64,000 bases of DNA from Dicyema japonicum (Eukaryota > Animalia > Dicyemida): assembly GCA_011109175.1 (NCBI GenBank), contig RDEW01000022.1, positions 766,273 to 830,272 on the forward strand, read 5' to 3'. Below, one piece after another: positions 1-13,260 of this stretch. Below the pieces are notes generated by a model that made no database searches, had not been told where the DNA came from, and worked only from the letters and a program-made list of their open reading frames with translations. The stretch's first letter is position 1, and every line of letters starts with the position of its first letter. The position numbers were made by a program, and so were the translations under genes.

Positions 1-567
1 GATCATTTCGAAAATTTTGAAAATAAAATTGGAGATTATTTCCTAGTTACTGAACCAATTGCGACTTGGATAATACACTCTTTTATTCCGGAAACCAAAA
101 AATTAATTTACGACGGCCAAGAAATTAAAGAAATTGATTTCCAAGAACAGTTGATTGAATTGCGAAATTCGCAGTTTTGCAAGTTGACATTTAATTCGCT
201 TTCGATTATGGAATTCTGGATTTCTGTTATTAATGAATATCCAATCTTAAGTAAAAATGCACTGAAGTGACAATTCCCTTTCCAACCACTTATTTATGTG
301 AAATGTCAATGTTTTGTCTTGTTATTCTGAAAAGTAAAGTTCGCAACCGACTTGAGGTGGAAGACGATATGAGAATAACACTTACCAACATTGTACCAAA
401 AATTGAACAGCTAGTTTCTGAAAGCAGGATCAAAAATCACACTAACTCTAAATATTATGATTTTTTAATTTTGTTAGTTTTTTTATTAAATTGTTTTGTT
501 ACATGTGGTCCCCAGAAAAATTCAACAGACTAGAGTGGTCCCCGGTCAAAAAGGTTAAGAAACACTA
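1..567 (+). mobile_element. 3' end of a hAT DNA transposon (Charlie/Buster type), with degenerate C-terminal dimerisation domain
   Basis: Translation IPFPTTYLCE..F..L...KSKVRNRLEVEDDMR matches the hAT dimerisation domain. It ends in a Charlie-type terminus AAGGTTAAGAAACACTA, followed by ATCTAGAG (568-575), which fits the NTCTAGAN target preference. GTGGTCCC occurs twice subterminally. Confidence 0.85.
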
Positions 568-1037
568 ATCTAGAGTGTGTTGGAGAACTCCAAACACTAA
601 ATTGCTCCTAGAAAAGGCGTTTTTGCTAAAAAGGAAACATTTCTAACTAAATTTTGAACATTAATTTTGTAAAATAAACTGGCCTTAATATTATTTAAAA
701 TAAATGTTGTTAAACGTAAAATTTAATAATGGATGATAAATTCTTGGAGAATAACATTTGACAACCTCAACGTTTCCTTGAGACTCATCAAACTTCTGAC
801 AGATGACTAAAATTTCGTTTTAAGTTGATTAGACAGTCCCTCAATAAAAGAATGAACTCATATATCATTTGACTCTTTAAGACTTAAGTAATGTGCAATC
901 CCATAGAACTAACTTAGAAACCCCGATTATTTTCCCTGCGACACATGAGACGCTTGGTTTACTAACGTAATGCGTCTTATGAATTAATGACCGTATACAA
1001 TAAAATTATACAAATCAATAAAAGTCAATATAATTAT

Positions 1038-2729
1038 TGTCACTGTCCGTACGTGGAACTCCACAAAAATTAATCTAAATAAAAATTAGTTATCTGGATA
1101 ATTCAGGATTTTCGGAGTTGAATGGTGTAATTTTTAGTTAAAATCGTTAATATTTAAAAACATAAAGTATAAAAAAATCAGTCAATATGATAGAGTGCCA
1201 TTTTAATGATATTTTATTATTCTTAATTAACAAAAAAACGTTATTAATATTTAAAAATAAAAAAAAATTTATTTCTGCACATGGTTTTAAGCTTCAAGTT
1301 GAACATGGATGAGTTGCGTCAGATAATCGAATATCTAGACATTGGATATCTTGATGCGTCGCTTTCAAGAAAGAGTAAACAGCGCATTTGGAGACTAGCC
1401 CCATTGCTAGTATTCGAGGACATATAGTCTATTATAGAGTAATTCGATTATAATATGATAGGGCAACAATTTATTTCATCGATTTTTTGTGAGGAAGAAG
1501 CAAAACTGAATCAACAATTGATAATAGTATTTTTGCCTGCCAGAAATTTTTTTATACCTATGGACCACCTATTATACTTCAAAAGACAATGTTTTGGAGT
1601 TCAGAAACTCTTTTCTCAGAGAAATTTGTAACAGGCTAAATGTTAAACATATTTTTGGACGAACAAGAGCACCGTGGGTTCAAGGCCAGGTAGAGAGGTA
1701 TCATTTATATGATAATGTATAGGTTAAATCAATCTCTTAAAAATGGTTATCATCCGTTTCTTCTACTGATGGAACTCTGGGAAAATATCAATCCAGTATG
1801 GGAGATATTGTATTCAGCTACAATATTACCAATCACGAGACCACCAAACATGCTCCTTTCAAGATATTTAATGGAGTGGATTATCCGCCAGAAATATCTG
1901 ATGAACGCTTAAATAGATTACTATACTATAAAGAAGATGGAGACCTATCTTTGTCACGGGATTCAGCACGAAGGCATACTTGGTAGCTGCAGAAAAAATG
2001 CGAATGAAAAGATGGAAAAATGATGAAGAATCGTTGAATGTAGGAGACAGAGTCATTCTACGAATGGACTGTGACTACAATTAAACAACAAAAAAAGGTC
2101 AATTATATGAGCACTTGGACACTACAGTTTATCTAGTAGTGGATATATACATAGATGGTGGCAACTCGGAAATAATGATAGTCCATCAAGCCGAGTTAGA
2201 AGATTATTTTAAATGACTTTCCATTCAAGAAATATATTTTAATCTTTTTGGCTTAATGTGGAGATTAGATTACTTTGTTGATTAGGAATGAGATAAAATA
2301 TTGATTAGAGTTGATGTTATGAATTGATTATGTTTGATGTTAGATAGTGACTTAGGGTTAAGGTTAGGGTAGAGAGTTAGGGTTAGTGTTAGAGATTAGG
2401 GTTTAGGTTTTATGTTTAAGTAGGAGATTTAACGGAATGGAACTAATTTTAGTTAGTGATGGAAATAGTTTAGAAAAGAATAATTTTTTAATATTAAACG
2501 TTTATTTTCGCTTAGTTTTTTTATTTAAATGTTTAATAACATTTTCTTCATTGATTGTATTCAATTGTTTCTGGTTGTTCTAATATTATATTTTGAATGA
2601 ATAATAATGCCATACATCCAATGGATTTGAAAAAAATGTATATTTTTAACTAAATAAAATAATTAGAGTAATTATAAATACTATAAAAATGCAAAAAAAT
2701 CGATAGAGTTCCACGTACGGACGGTGACA
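1038..2729 (+). mobile_element. Ginger-type DNA transposon (gypsy-like integrase), decayed
   Basis: 24-bp TIRs TGTCACTGTCCGTACGTGGAACTC (1038-1061) and its inverse at 2706-2729 with one mismatch; TGT..ACA ends; 5-bp TSD ATTAT (1033-1037 and 2730-2734); integrase motif GRTRAPWVQGQVER near 1657-1698. Confidence 0.8.
2352..2409 (+). repeat. Degenerate TTAGGG telomere-like tract inside the Ginger element
   Basis: TTAGGGTTAAGGTTAGGGTAGAGAGTTAGGGTTAGTGTTAGAGATTAGGGTTTAGG read directly. Confidence 0.8.
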
Positions 2730-2857
2730 ATTATTATAGACAACAATTATGAATATCGAATATTTTAGGCATATTTTAATAATCATTATGGAATCTGTAA
2801 ATTGATGAAATTAAGTGACAGAACAATAAGTCTTTATTTCCATAACTATAATTTATT

Positions 2858-2900
2858 TGTTCGAGATCTCCAAGGGTCGGACACGACTTAATTGGATAAC
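2858..2900 (+). mobile_element. 5'-truncated stub of an RTE/BovB-like LINE 3' end
   Basis: GAGATCTCCAAGGGTCGGACACGACTTAATTGGA is nearly identical to the 3' end of the RTE copy near 39968-40002. Confidence 0.65.
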
Positions 2901-4109
2901 AGAACAATTTATTTAGAAGTTAGGAGTTATTGGAATGGTACTACATCTGAGTCCTACCTCAAGGCTTGGACTCTCCACCTAGAGCCTCCCTCCTTTAATT
3001 ATTCCTTAGTGTTATGTACGTGTCCTGGATTTTTGATTTACCCTTTTTACCTCTTGAAACCGTCGATCCTCCATAATCTTGCGAATTGAGACTAAAAGCA
3101 TGTTTTCCTTCTCGTCTAGATCATCACTTAGCATTTTATTTAGTGGGACTTAATTGAAGATCTCCTTGTTTTCATTAGGAGGGATAAGATCTTCGGAGAG
3201 AAGAGCCACCCCTCGCAGCCATACAGTAAGCTATGGAATATAACCACCATGACCACTAACAGAAATATATCAAGGCTAATGTGTAATTTTCTTGTACAGA
3301 GGAGTGATTGAAATTTTCTCCTCCGCCTCTCTTGTATGTCGTCCATATAATCTCCCGCGTGCCCATAATGGACCCCCAAATATCATGACATATTGACCAG
3401 TGTGTATTCCTGTTTCAAATGACATTCCCCCTGTTTATTCGAAGTAGACACAATTTTTTATAGAGCTTTCACCCCCTCATGCTGCACCATTGCTCAATCC
3501 GGTCAACATACTCCACAATTCTTCTTTCAGATATAGAAGATTTTAGAGATGTCTTCTGGGACTCGCACACAAATAACAAGAAAAGAACGACAAGAACCTT
3601 TTCAAAGTCTTGGTAACATCAATGTTCTTAAAATAAAGTTTGCGTTTTGGCTAAGGAAGGTTTATGTAATTATAATAACACAACCTCGGAAGTTCTAATG
3701 ATGCAATAAAGAACCTACTTATAATGAATAATGTTGAGAATTACAATGATTGTGTTTTAAGGTCAAAATTATATTCCCATGGTAGAATAGGTTTTTGAAT
3801 ATTTGAGAAGATATTCTTTTATAAATAAATACAATTCATTACGTAAAGCGTTACCCGCTATAAATGAAATGAAAAATCAACAACATGTTACGAATTAGGT
3901 ACTAATAAGTCTGCCTGTTAGGCCTAGACTCTTCATCCCGGTACCCTTTTTTTCTAAGTAATCCGATGTCCCACATGATCATTGGGTATATGATCACTCC
4001 CGATGTCCCACATGATCATCGGCTTTTCTACATAATTGTAGAGTGGTGGTGACACCAGGAACACCCCAAGCATGTCTCCCCCGTAGTGGAGTAATGATTC
4101 GGTTTTTCC

Positions 4110-5420
4110 GATGTCAAAATCTACCCGCTATAAAAACTTGGACTTGGACATCAATGTTAACAACTCAGAGCTAATAAATGTCTCATATCCAAACACCGAA
4201 TTTCTCTCTATCATGGAGTCTTTTAACGAATTGCTTCCTGGGACCCCGACTGTGCCAGTTGATAAATTAAATTTCCTTGGATGCCCACTCAGCCAAGAAG
4301 AACTCAAGAACCATCTACTTTCCAAAAATGAAGAATTAACACCTCCCAAAAAGATTGTCATGTCTCGACTCTCACTCCTTCTTCCTGATGAAAGACAACA
4401 TCGGACTACCCAAGCTTTTATATCTACTCCGATGTTCACTCTGCTACGAACAATACGACAGTCTACTTTCGATAGACAAATCTCTCAAACAAACTGTTGA
4501 GCCACTAATTAACGTCCGCTTCGACGAACTTGGTTGGAAGTAATGTAAGCTTCCCTCTGAATTTGGGGTGTCGGTCTAAGATCGGCGCTGGAAGTTGCAT
4601 ACGCGACATATCTATCGTCTCCCTTCAAGCTGCAGCCATTTGACACGACAAGTCCTTCATCACACAAGACTTCGCTTGTCGGAAATGAAACGGGTCCGGA
4701 CTCAAAATCCCCGAAGACACAACAAAGCAAGTAATTGGGATAACATTGTCTGCTCCAAATTTTTGGAAGACCTTAAAAAAGAAGCAAATCAACATCGTCT
4801 GGCTTGTTTGGTGTCAGCTTCAAGTGGAGGGAGTGGAGCATGGCTTGTGCAATACCTTGCCCAAACCTAGGACTTTTGGACGACGATTCTTTGATGATTG
4901 GAATCGGACAAAGGCTAAGACTAGACGATTGCCAGGAGCACCGATGCCGATGCGGGAAAATAGTCGATGTGAAGGGATTGCACCCTCTGTCCTGCAGAAG
5001 GAGCGCCAAAAAAGGACCACGTCATGCTGCTCTGAATGATGTGATCGTCAGAGCTCTGAAGGCTACAGGCTTCCCATCACAGCTTGATTCAGTGGGTCTC
5101 GATCGAGGAGATGGAAGAGACCTGACGGGATGACCCTTTTCCCTTACACATCTGAAGATCTTTAGTCTGGGACGCAACTTGTTTTGACACATTTTCAAGC
5201 ACGAATCTTTTCAAATCGGTTCAACACCTGAAACAGCTTTGACCGCGGAAAACCTAAAAATCAAGAAATATTCTTGCCTCGGAAACCGGACCGATTTACT
5301 CCTGTTGCAATCGAGTCATCGGGAGTCGTTGGTTCAATGACTGTTGAGTTCTTGCGCAAACTCGGAGGAATGCTTGCAAAAGAAAAAAGGGATCAACGAG
5401 AAGGGTTATCAAATATATAA
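4110..5420 (+). mobile_element. CRE-like (RLE-type) non-LTR retrotransposon, degenerate 3' half
   Basis: Motifs [51 protein letters not shown] across frameshifted ORFs. Confidence 0.85.
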
Positions 5421-5479
5421 ATTTTTCTTTATCACTCCTTCTAACCGCTAGTTTTTTCGAATTCCCAAAATTGGCAGTT

Positions 5480-5755
5480 AGGAGGAGTCTTACTAATTTG
5501 TGTTTACATAATAGAGAGCGTAGTTAAAGGATCTTTCGTCTTATTCCATTAACGTTTAATCGTAGCACATTAGTCGATCTGATCTTTTGTTGGGCTGAGC
5601 TCTTCCGTGACACTGAAGCCGTGCTATGAGCGTGTCGTCGAGGAGCGAGAAACCTTAATGGAGGAAAGAAGCTATTAGTTCGGTTTCGAGGCGTATTAGG
5701 TACCCTCTGGGAGTTGCCTAAACTCACAGAGTTGGTGCACCACAAAAAGCCACAA
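5480..5755 (-). mobile_element. 5' fragment of a LINE with the start of an AP-endonuclease domain
   Basis: VLRLNVNGIRRK resembles the first APE motif of I/Jockey/Ingi-type ORF2. Confidence 0.5.
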
Positions 5756-5909
5756 AAATTAATATATTAAATTGAGCTTGTTATTTATTATATAAGAATT
5801 TTGAAAATATTCGTATAACCTAATTGTTTAACCTTATTTATATTCAATTTATCTAATCTTAACAAATTTATTTATAAGCAAAAAATTATCGTTATTTGGA
5901 GTTTTGCTC

Positions 5910-8900
5910 ATGTTACTGCACAAAGTATGATTTGAATTAACTGCTTCAGTTGGTAAGAGATGGAAATGAAAATGAAATATACGACTGTGTTCAAGAAATA
6001 TGGAACAAATCGTCACATAAAAAATTAATAAAAACATTGAACAGATTGGATACCACCGGTCTAAGTCCTCTTCACTATGCTGTTCGATATAACAATTATA
6101 AAGCAATTGACGTTCTACTAAGATATGATGCAGGTCCTATCCATTTATATTAAGAGACGTCAACTGTCGAGGCAAGAACGGTATTACACCTTTGATGACC
6201 GCAGCTAAATCAAAATGCAATGACTTACAAAAGCAAGTACCCCATATATCTAAGACTAGGAAAAAACGTTCAAATATTTAATAAAATTTGAACCCAACAT
6301 GGATCTTACCGATGAATACGGACAAGGAGCTATCCATTACTGTGTGATGATGAACAATGAATATTTTTTGAAGCTTCTTTTAAAATTCTGTAACATTTCG
6401 CTGGAAGTATTTCATGTGTGACGACTTTAGTTAAAAGATAAACAGGGGATGACTCCGGTTCACTTAGCAGCATTTTACGGCAATTACAATATAATGAAGA
6501 TTCTTATAGATGAAAATGTCAATTTGGTTACTTCCAATCTGTTCTCACACACTCCACTACATCTCGCCGTTTGTGGGCAGCACGAAGAGGTATGTGAACT
6601 CATTCTGAAATCTATCAAAGAAAAGTATCCAAGCAACTTTAAAACGGTTCATTAAATATTGTGAAAATCTAGATTTTAAATTCGAAAGATAATGAAAACA
6701 AATCCCCCCTACATTTAGCAATCGGAAAGGGCAACCTTAAATTGGTCAAAATACTCGCATCCTGGGGGTCAGACATGTCGATGACTTCGTACGATAACAA
6801 TCACTCAGTTCATTTGGCAGCAAAGGAGCCTTCAGTGAAAATTCTCAATTTTCTTATATCAACTAATAAAATGCATGATGCCATAAATTCAAGACATGAA
6901 ACCGCCCTTCACGTTGCTGCAATTTTTGACAAACCGAAAAATATTCAGGTTTTACTTGAAAAGTTTATAGTAACTAATCTCTTAGTGAATGGGATATTGA
7001 GGCAAAAGAAACTGACGGAAGGACTCCCTTAATGTTGGCGTCTATGTATGGTCATGTCAATTCGATCGAGGTGTTACTCAAGAATAATGCTAAAATTTTA
7101 AGCCAAGACAAAAATGAGGAAAACTCAATATTTTTAGCATCCAAAAAAAACCAAAGTTTAGCTCTATCCGTTATGCTTTATATAAGTCCATAGGTTCTTC
7201 TAGACAAGTGTGATTTGAAATACAAAGGCAACTGCATCAACAAACTGAACCAGTACAGAGAATCTCCATTGCTCAAATCTAGTGAAATGGGGCATTCTAA
7301 GATTGTCGAAGTTTGTTGTTTTTAATAAATCTCAGGTATTACTGAACAACGGAGCGAATCCTACCTATAAAAACGAAAGGGAAGAATCGTCGATTCATTT
7401 GGCTGCTCAAAAAGGCTTCTTAAAGTAAGATAACTAAAATTCCACTTTAAGCATTGTGAAGATGCTGGTCGATAGGGACCCCAAGTTAATTCAAAGTGGA
7501 GATGAAAATTATAACACTCCTTTACACGTGGCGTCCCTTTATGGTTGGAGTGACGTGGTGAAGTTTTTAATCGAACGTAAAGCCAACGTTAATGAAAAGT
7601 TGTCTCATTTAATATAAAGAAATCAATTCTTATGGACTCCCCTTGAATGTGCCGCGTTCAACGGGAATACAGATGCATGCAAAGTTTTGTTGGATAATGG
7701 TGCCGAATTGGAAACCAAAGACCGAGCTAATGTGGGTTATTTTCTAATCTTTAGTCTACACCTCTTCATTTAGCGGCCGCTAATGGTCACATTGAAGTAT
7801 TAAACCTTCTCATAAATGAAGGGGCTGACGTTGCACACAAAGACTACAATAATTTGAACACTCTGGATAAAGCCATCCAAAATAACCAAAAGTTGCTTTA
7901 TTTACGATTATAATAGAGAAGTTGTTAGTAATATACTGAAGTCTAAAAATTGGAAAGAATCCTTACGGAATAGTTATCAAAGAAATGATCAAGTAATAAC
8001 TCCAATGAGACAATTGGTAAAAAAAATGCCGGGTAAATATACCTTCTAATATAGACGAGGCTTACAGTGTTTTGTCGTCCTCGATTATCTCAAACAACGC
8101 ATCGAGCATCGACTTTGATTTAGTAATCCGTTATGATTATGAATTTTTGGATGACCGGTTTACGAGTTGGTATAATAGAGACGACGATATGAGCTTGGAG
8201 GGTACTTTTTATGATAAATTTTCAGGAGAATTGGGAGAGTCTACAAATTCTAAATCTGTAGAAAAATACAAATTAGATAATATTCTTGAATTAATGGTCT
8301 TGTATTATTCATATTCTAGGTCAAACATAAAAAGAAGACCCTACTGTCTCATCCCTTAACTAAACAGCTCATTCATATGAAATGGCGGAAATATGCCCAG
8401 TACTTTTTCTTCACGAACCTTTTGCTTGCCTTCAGCTTCACGACTTCTCTATTAGTATTTTTGTACTTGTCAACCTCACCAAAGTTTTATAAACAATTAC
8501 TGTTATTAGTTTAATTCCCCAGGCATCCGAATGTCAATATGGCTATATTTCTGTAAATGCAGAGCCCGTCGCTAAGTTTTTTAAATATATATCAATTTTG
8601 ATATCCGGGGTTTTGTTCGTGAGAGAGGTGAATTTTCTTTTTACTTGGTAGTCGATTCAATTCGTTAGATCTCCACGTGGATATATCTCTTTCATTAATA
8701 TACTGGATCTGACGTCTTTCAGTTGTTGTGTTGCGTGTTTATTGGATTTTACTACGTGCAACAAACAAACTGGAATTCGAACAGTTGATGAATGTGATTT
8801 CTTTGTAGGATTCGCAGTGGCAATTAGGCACGTTTGCCGTTTTTATTGGCTGCATAAACGCTATTTTGATTATGCGGAAAATCTCTTTATTCGGAATTTA

Positions 8901-9652
8901 TGTAGTCATGTTCTTCGATATATTGAAGACGTTTTTTAAATTGTCAATAATTTTGATATTATTTATCCTCTCCTTTGGGATTGCATTCAATCTTCTGCTC
9001 TCAAATCAAGTAATTAAACAAAATTACTCCAGACCCCCTTCAAAGGGTTCAGGTCCTTCTTAAAAGTCTTCGTGACGACGATTGGAGAAATCGAGTACAC
9101 TGATATGTTTAATTCGGAAGAGAGAGTTCCATATCCACACGTGACTTACCCTTTGTTCATTTTGTTCGTCATTTTCATGATCATTGTGGCAATGAATTTG
9201 ATGGTTTTTATTAAATTTGAATTTTATAGATTGGTCTGGCGGTGGATGACATCAAAGGAGTTCAAAACGAAGCTCATCTACAAAAAATCGCGAAACGAGT
9301 AAGAATACCATTTATTTATTGGTCGAACTCATAATGGAAGCTGAAAAATTTTTGGGTAAAAATTTAGTCAAGAAATTATCTGAAACAACGGAGACCTTTT
9401 ATCCAAACAGAAAAAGGAATCAATATGGAGTTACTCTCCACCTCTGAGGCCTACGGGCTACAAATGTAATGCTTATATGCAGGATAATGTTGTAATGTGA
9501 CTTTATTAAAGTTTACGACTGACAATAATGCTGATTCTAGCTTTTGTCAAATTAAAGCTGACATTAACATAATGCGAAGTGAACTTAACAAAATTAACAA
9601 ATTATTGCTAAAAATGGCCGAAGATAAAGATAACAATTTAGTGATCAACTAA
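5910..9652 (+). CDS. TRPA1: TRPA1-like ankyrin-repeat TRP cation channel, about 20-22 introns of 21-27 nt
   Basis: Manual splicing yields many ankyrin repeats (GLSPLHYA, GMTPVHLAA, TPLHLA, TALHVAA), then LLSHPL...MKW, S4-S5 (GIYVVMFFDILKTF..FILSFGIAF), pore (TTIGEIEY) and S6/TRP-like MNLMIGLAVDDIK..VEL. The true start and the last 1-2 exons are not fully resolved. Confidence 0.9.
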
Positions 9653-10329
9653 CCTATGTACTAATTAAATTGTTACCTGGGGTGCAACTATTTTTGGGTT
9701 TTTACAAAAAATAATTATCTAACATTAAGTCGACGAAGGTTGAGGTGGTTAACCGTATTGCACAAAATGTTTATTTGATGGTGAATGAAATCCCACGTCT
9801 TCTTTCTCACATCTTCTTTTGTTGAAAACTCGGTAGAACACATAAATTATTCGACAGGAAAACCCTATAGTGGGCACGATCCACACGAGATACGTATTAC
9901 TTCTTCCATGATATCTGGCCTCATGCTAATAACTCGTTCTTGAGGAATATGGGCGACCCGATATCTCATAGCGTCCCACATAGACAAATAGTGGTGAATA
10001 CAGTCAGTTTGTCACCACCATAGTTTGGTTATTCCGACGTAAGGATCACAAAGTCACAGGATTCTGACAATAATTTTAAACGCCGTCAATTCTGATTTGT
10101 TTTATTACATCCATAAAAACATTTTTTGCATTCAAGTCTACAACTATAATAGAATTAGGACTTGAATTGTAGAAATTATAAAAAAATTTTTAGGTAAAAA
10201 AAACTTTAACAATTAAACAAATGTCAGTTGAGGAAGCCTGCTGCGTGGATTGCGAACGAGTTCCCTCAGAGTATAGCTATTCCAATCTTTTGTCTTAGCC
10301 ATAACCCTTCTCGTTGATCATTGTAGAAA

Positions 10330-11650
10330 TTAATAATATCTGAAGTACATGTCTCCAAATTTTTTGAATATAATCCCCCAATAGTTATCCATGTTCTTGC
10401 GCAGCAAACGTCCACATATACGACCCGCAATCGCACCATCCTTCCATAAAATGTCCACAGATCGACAGTCGTTTAGTATCGAACATGTACCATTTGTCCA
10501 TTTTTATCATTCACCACGATAATATCGATCTTGGAGATCGTTGCAAGTAGTGACAGTTCATTATGCCTTTTCCTTAAGGAGCGGGCATTCATTAGCACTA
10601 TTTTTAGGCTTCCCGTCAGTCATTTGGATGACCTTGCTTCTTCAAAGCCAAGATCGCCACCGAGCACAGATGATTTAGCCGTGAGATAATCTCAGAAAAT
10701 TCCACATATCTTCTCTGATAGATCGGGCGATACTTTATCATGGGACCTCTTAGGTATTTTGGGCACTGGCTTAAACGTAACTGTCTTCGCTGTCCATTCC
10801 CTCCCAATATCCCCTATATTCGTCTGCACATCGTTATTCATCTGTTGGGTTTATTCAGCCTTTTTAGCGACTAGACAACCACCATATCTTGCACAATGCG
10901 CGGTCAGCCACAATTGATGCAATCATTATGGTCCCAGGTATCTGTGCACATTTTGATAGGTCGTGCTCCCCTGCACAACAGAGACATTTCCTTTTCTCCT
11001 TACATAAAAAGGATTTATGTCCATAGAGGTGCATTTGAAACATCTATGGGAGTTTTGTTTTGTATTCGAAAAGATCGTCTCCCATCCAATGCAGAAATCA
11101 AAACGAATAAGGGACGTCGCCTCCGATCTGAGGTGGATATATACTTTAGCAATTGGGAGTTTCCAGCCATCTTTGTAGAAACGGACACTTTCTTGGCAGA
11201 AGGAGCCAGACCTCGGACAAAATCCAGATCTTCTTCAACTCAGTAAAGCAAGTTCTTCAAGATTATTTCGGATGCTTTTTCATAAACATCCAAAATTTTG
11301 AGGTTTCCAACAAAAGGGGAAGCAGCACTAATAGCGTCCAAAAAATAATCCTTGTCTTTTCCTTCTTTAATGTCCATTTTGAAAACACTGATCCTTTGTG
11401 GGTTATCCTCATTGATTCAAATATGTCAAACGAATAAAGGATGTTTGCATTTAATAGCACCCATGTTTATCTTGATGGATATCTGAGAGCTCAGTCTACT
11501 CGTTTTTCACATATTTGAGAAGTCTTTATTCTCATCACTCAGCTGGTGCACAGTGCATCCCCAGAAACTTTGTCGCCTGCTCAGCGCTAGGAGAGACAGA
11601 ATTTGGTTATCTCTCTGGTTTTTCACAGACATCACAGTTTATTTCCCCAT
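10330..11650 (-). mobile_element. 5' portion of a Jockey/CR1-group LINE: gag-like ORF1 with zinc knuckles plus start of the APE domain, degenerate
   Basis: Across frameshifts: RCFKC...GHKS..C...KC..CAGEHD...C...CINCG, followed by KIVLMNARSLRK...IDIIVV. Confidence 0.7.
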
Positions 11651-11939
11651 TTCCATATGATTTGCATTATCGAGAATTATCGTATTATTAAACTAAGAAA
11701 GCGTATGATGCACAAGTATTCTAGTCTCTAATCCAATTGTCATAATTCACACAGTAATCCTTGATAAGGCATAAAGATTGTATATTTGAGTTGTTTTTAT
11801 TAACTTTTTATATGGCTGATGCCAACTGTTCAACTTAAATGAGGTTATCTCATCAATTGTGACACAATGTCACATTTATCAACATTTTAAAAATCTAATT
11901 AATAAATCGCTACTAGTTAGTCTCGTAGTGGTTTATGCT

Positions 11940-12135
11940 GTCGTTCATGTCGCATTAACTGTGTGTTTGATTTCCACACCGCTACAGGTGGAAGGATTTT
12001 TTATGTTTTTCACTTCCAAATCCCAAAACTTAATTGGATTTACATATATCAAGTGACCCCTAGTGATAGATAGCATGAAAAATAATTATTTTCTTTCTCC
12101 CACTCAATGGAAGATTTTTCACAACTGCAATGACT
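11940..12135 (+). mobile_element. Old degenerate copy of the structured SINE-like family
   Basis: GCATGAAAAATAATTATTTTCTTTCTCCCACTCAATGGAAGATTTTTCACAACTGCAA aligns with the family core at 52578-52635. Confidence 0.5.
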
Positions 12136-13260
12136 AGATTTGCTCTGACCGCGTAATATTCCTTCTCGCTCAAATAGCCAGCAGCGCTCATGGGGATCTC
12201 CTGTTCATGCAGAAATCAGATTTCCTAGACGACTCAAGAATTCCAGCGTCGCAGGCGCAAGGGAACCAAATGTTTCAACAGCGATGGGAACAAACAAAAA
12301 ATCCTCGCTTATGACCGCGTACTTTGCCCTTTTGATAATCCCCGTGGAAGTGTCGATATCATAAGATGTTCATCATCGGTAATAGCAGCATCGGGGAGTA
12401 AGACATGATCTTGCATCGTGATTTAGAGAATTCATCTTTTGAGACTCCCAGATTACAAATTTCGGATTTACTAACAAATAATTTTGAGGCCACATCTGCT
12501 AAAAGTGGGAAGAAGTATTTCAAGACTTTTCATAATCGACACGGTTAACCCCCAATCGTAGCATCGTCAAAATACAAAGAATTGAAAGGCGCGTCACATG
12601 CACAGGCAGCCTCGTATACTGCTAAAGCAAAAAGAAGTGGACCAAGAGGATCACCTTGTTATATCCCAGTCGATAATTTAATGAGTCCATTACCAATAAA
12701 GATATGACTTGGAGTACCGTATGCGAGATCGCAATGTGGATAATGCTTGAGGCTCTCAGCAAAACGGTTTCAAGTAGATGATCCCTTCTTATCGAACTAA
12801 AGGGGTTGGAAACGTCTAACTTCACAATAATCTCTCCTCTTAACAATAGGTCACAAAGGAACGATCCATTAGTTTTAGTTAACATATCAGATCATCAATA
12901 ACGCTCCAGCACGAAAGCTTTGAGGCAAGTCTTTGAAAAAAGCTTCCACCGGCAATTGGCCTGACTTCACCGGGCTTCTAGAAAGGAATCAATTAGGCTG
13001 AAAAGAAGAATTCAAGGAATCTACAGATTTAAGCAGGTTTATGAGTTTGGTTAACGATGTTACAAGGTGGGCTCCCGTCTCGAAAGTTAAAAAGGACTAA
13101 AGGTGCCGTGTCTTTATCGAACATATGGTCTTCGAGATCTCCGGACGCATTACAGCCACGATATTATGGAAATTGTTTACACTGTGATGATAACTTTGTC
13201 TCAAGTGACAAAGAAGCACTTCAACGTCTCCTGGTGGTAGCACAAGACCGAATGACCAAA
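12135..13260 (-). mobile_element. CRE-like non-LTR fragments
   Basis: VKLDVSN.F.SIRRD, QGDPLGPLLF, YFDDATIGG and FVPIAVETFG on the minus strand. Confidence 0.75.

Noticed and set aside
3963-4020. Short direct repeats (also at 43379-43421 and 41099-41259) as CRISPR-like arrays
   Set aside because: Only two units each, eukaryotic context, and no cas genes.
5670-5755. Possible HDV-like ribozyme at the 5' end of the APE-bearing LINE fragment
   Set aside because: Some short complementary arms and a CUAA are present, but P4 and P1.1 cannot be drawn and there is no second copy for covariation.
6407-8651. 3n-length introns tending to contain in-frame stops (NMD-visibility bias)
   Set aside because: About 7 of the 10 checked do, but stopless 24-nt introns occur in STRAD, KRR1 and the ANTH-like gene. 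The sample is too small in AT-rich DNA.
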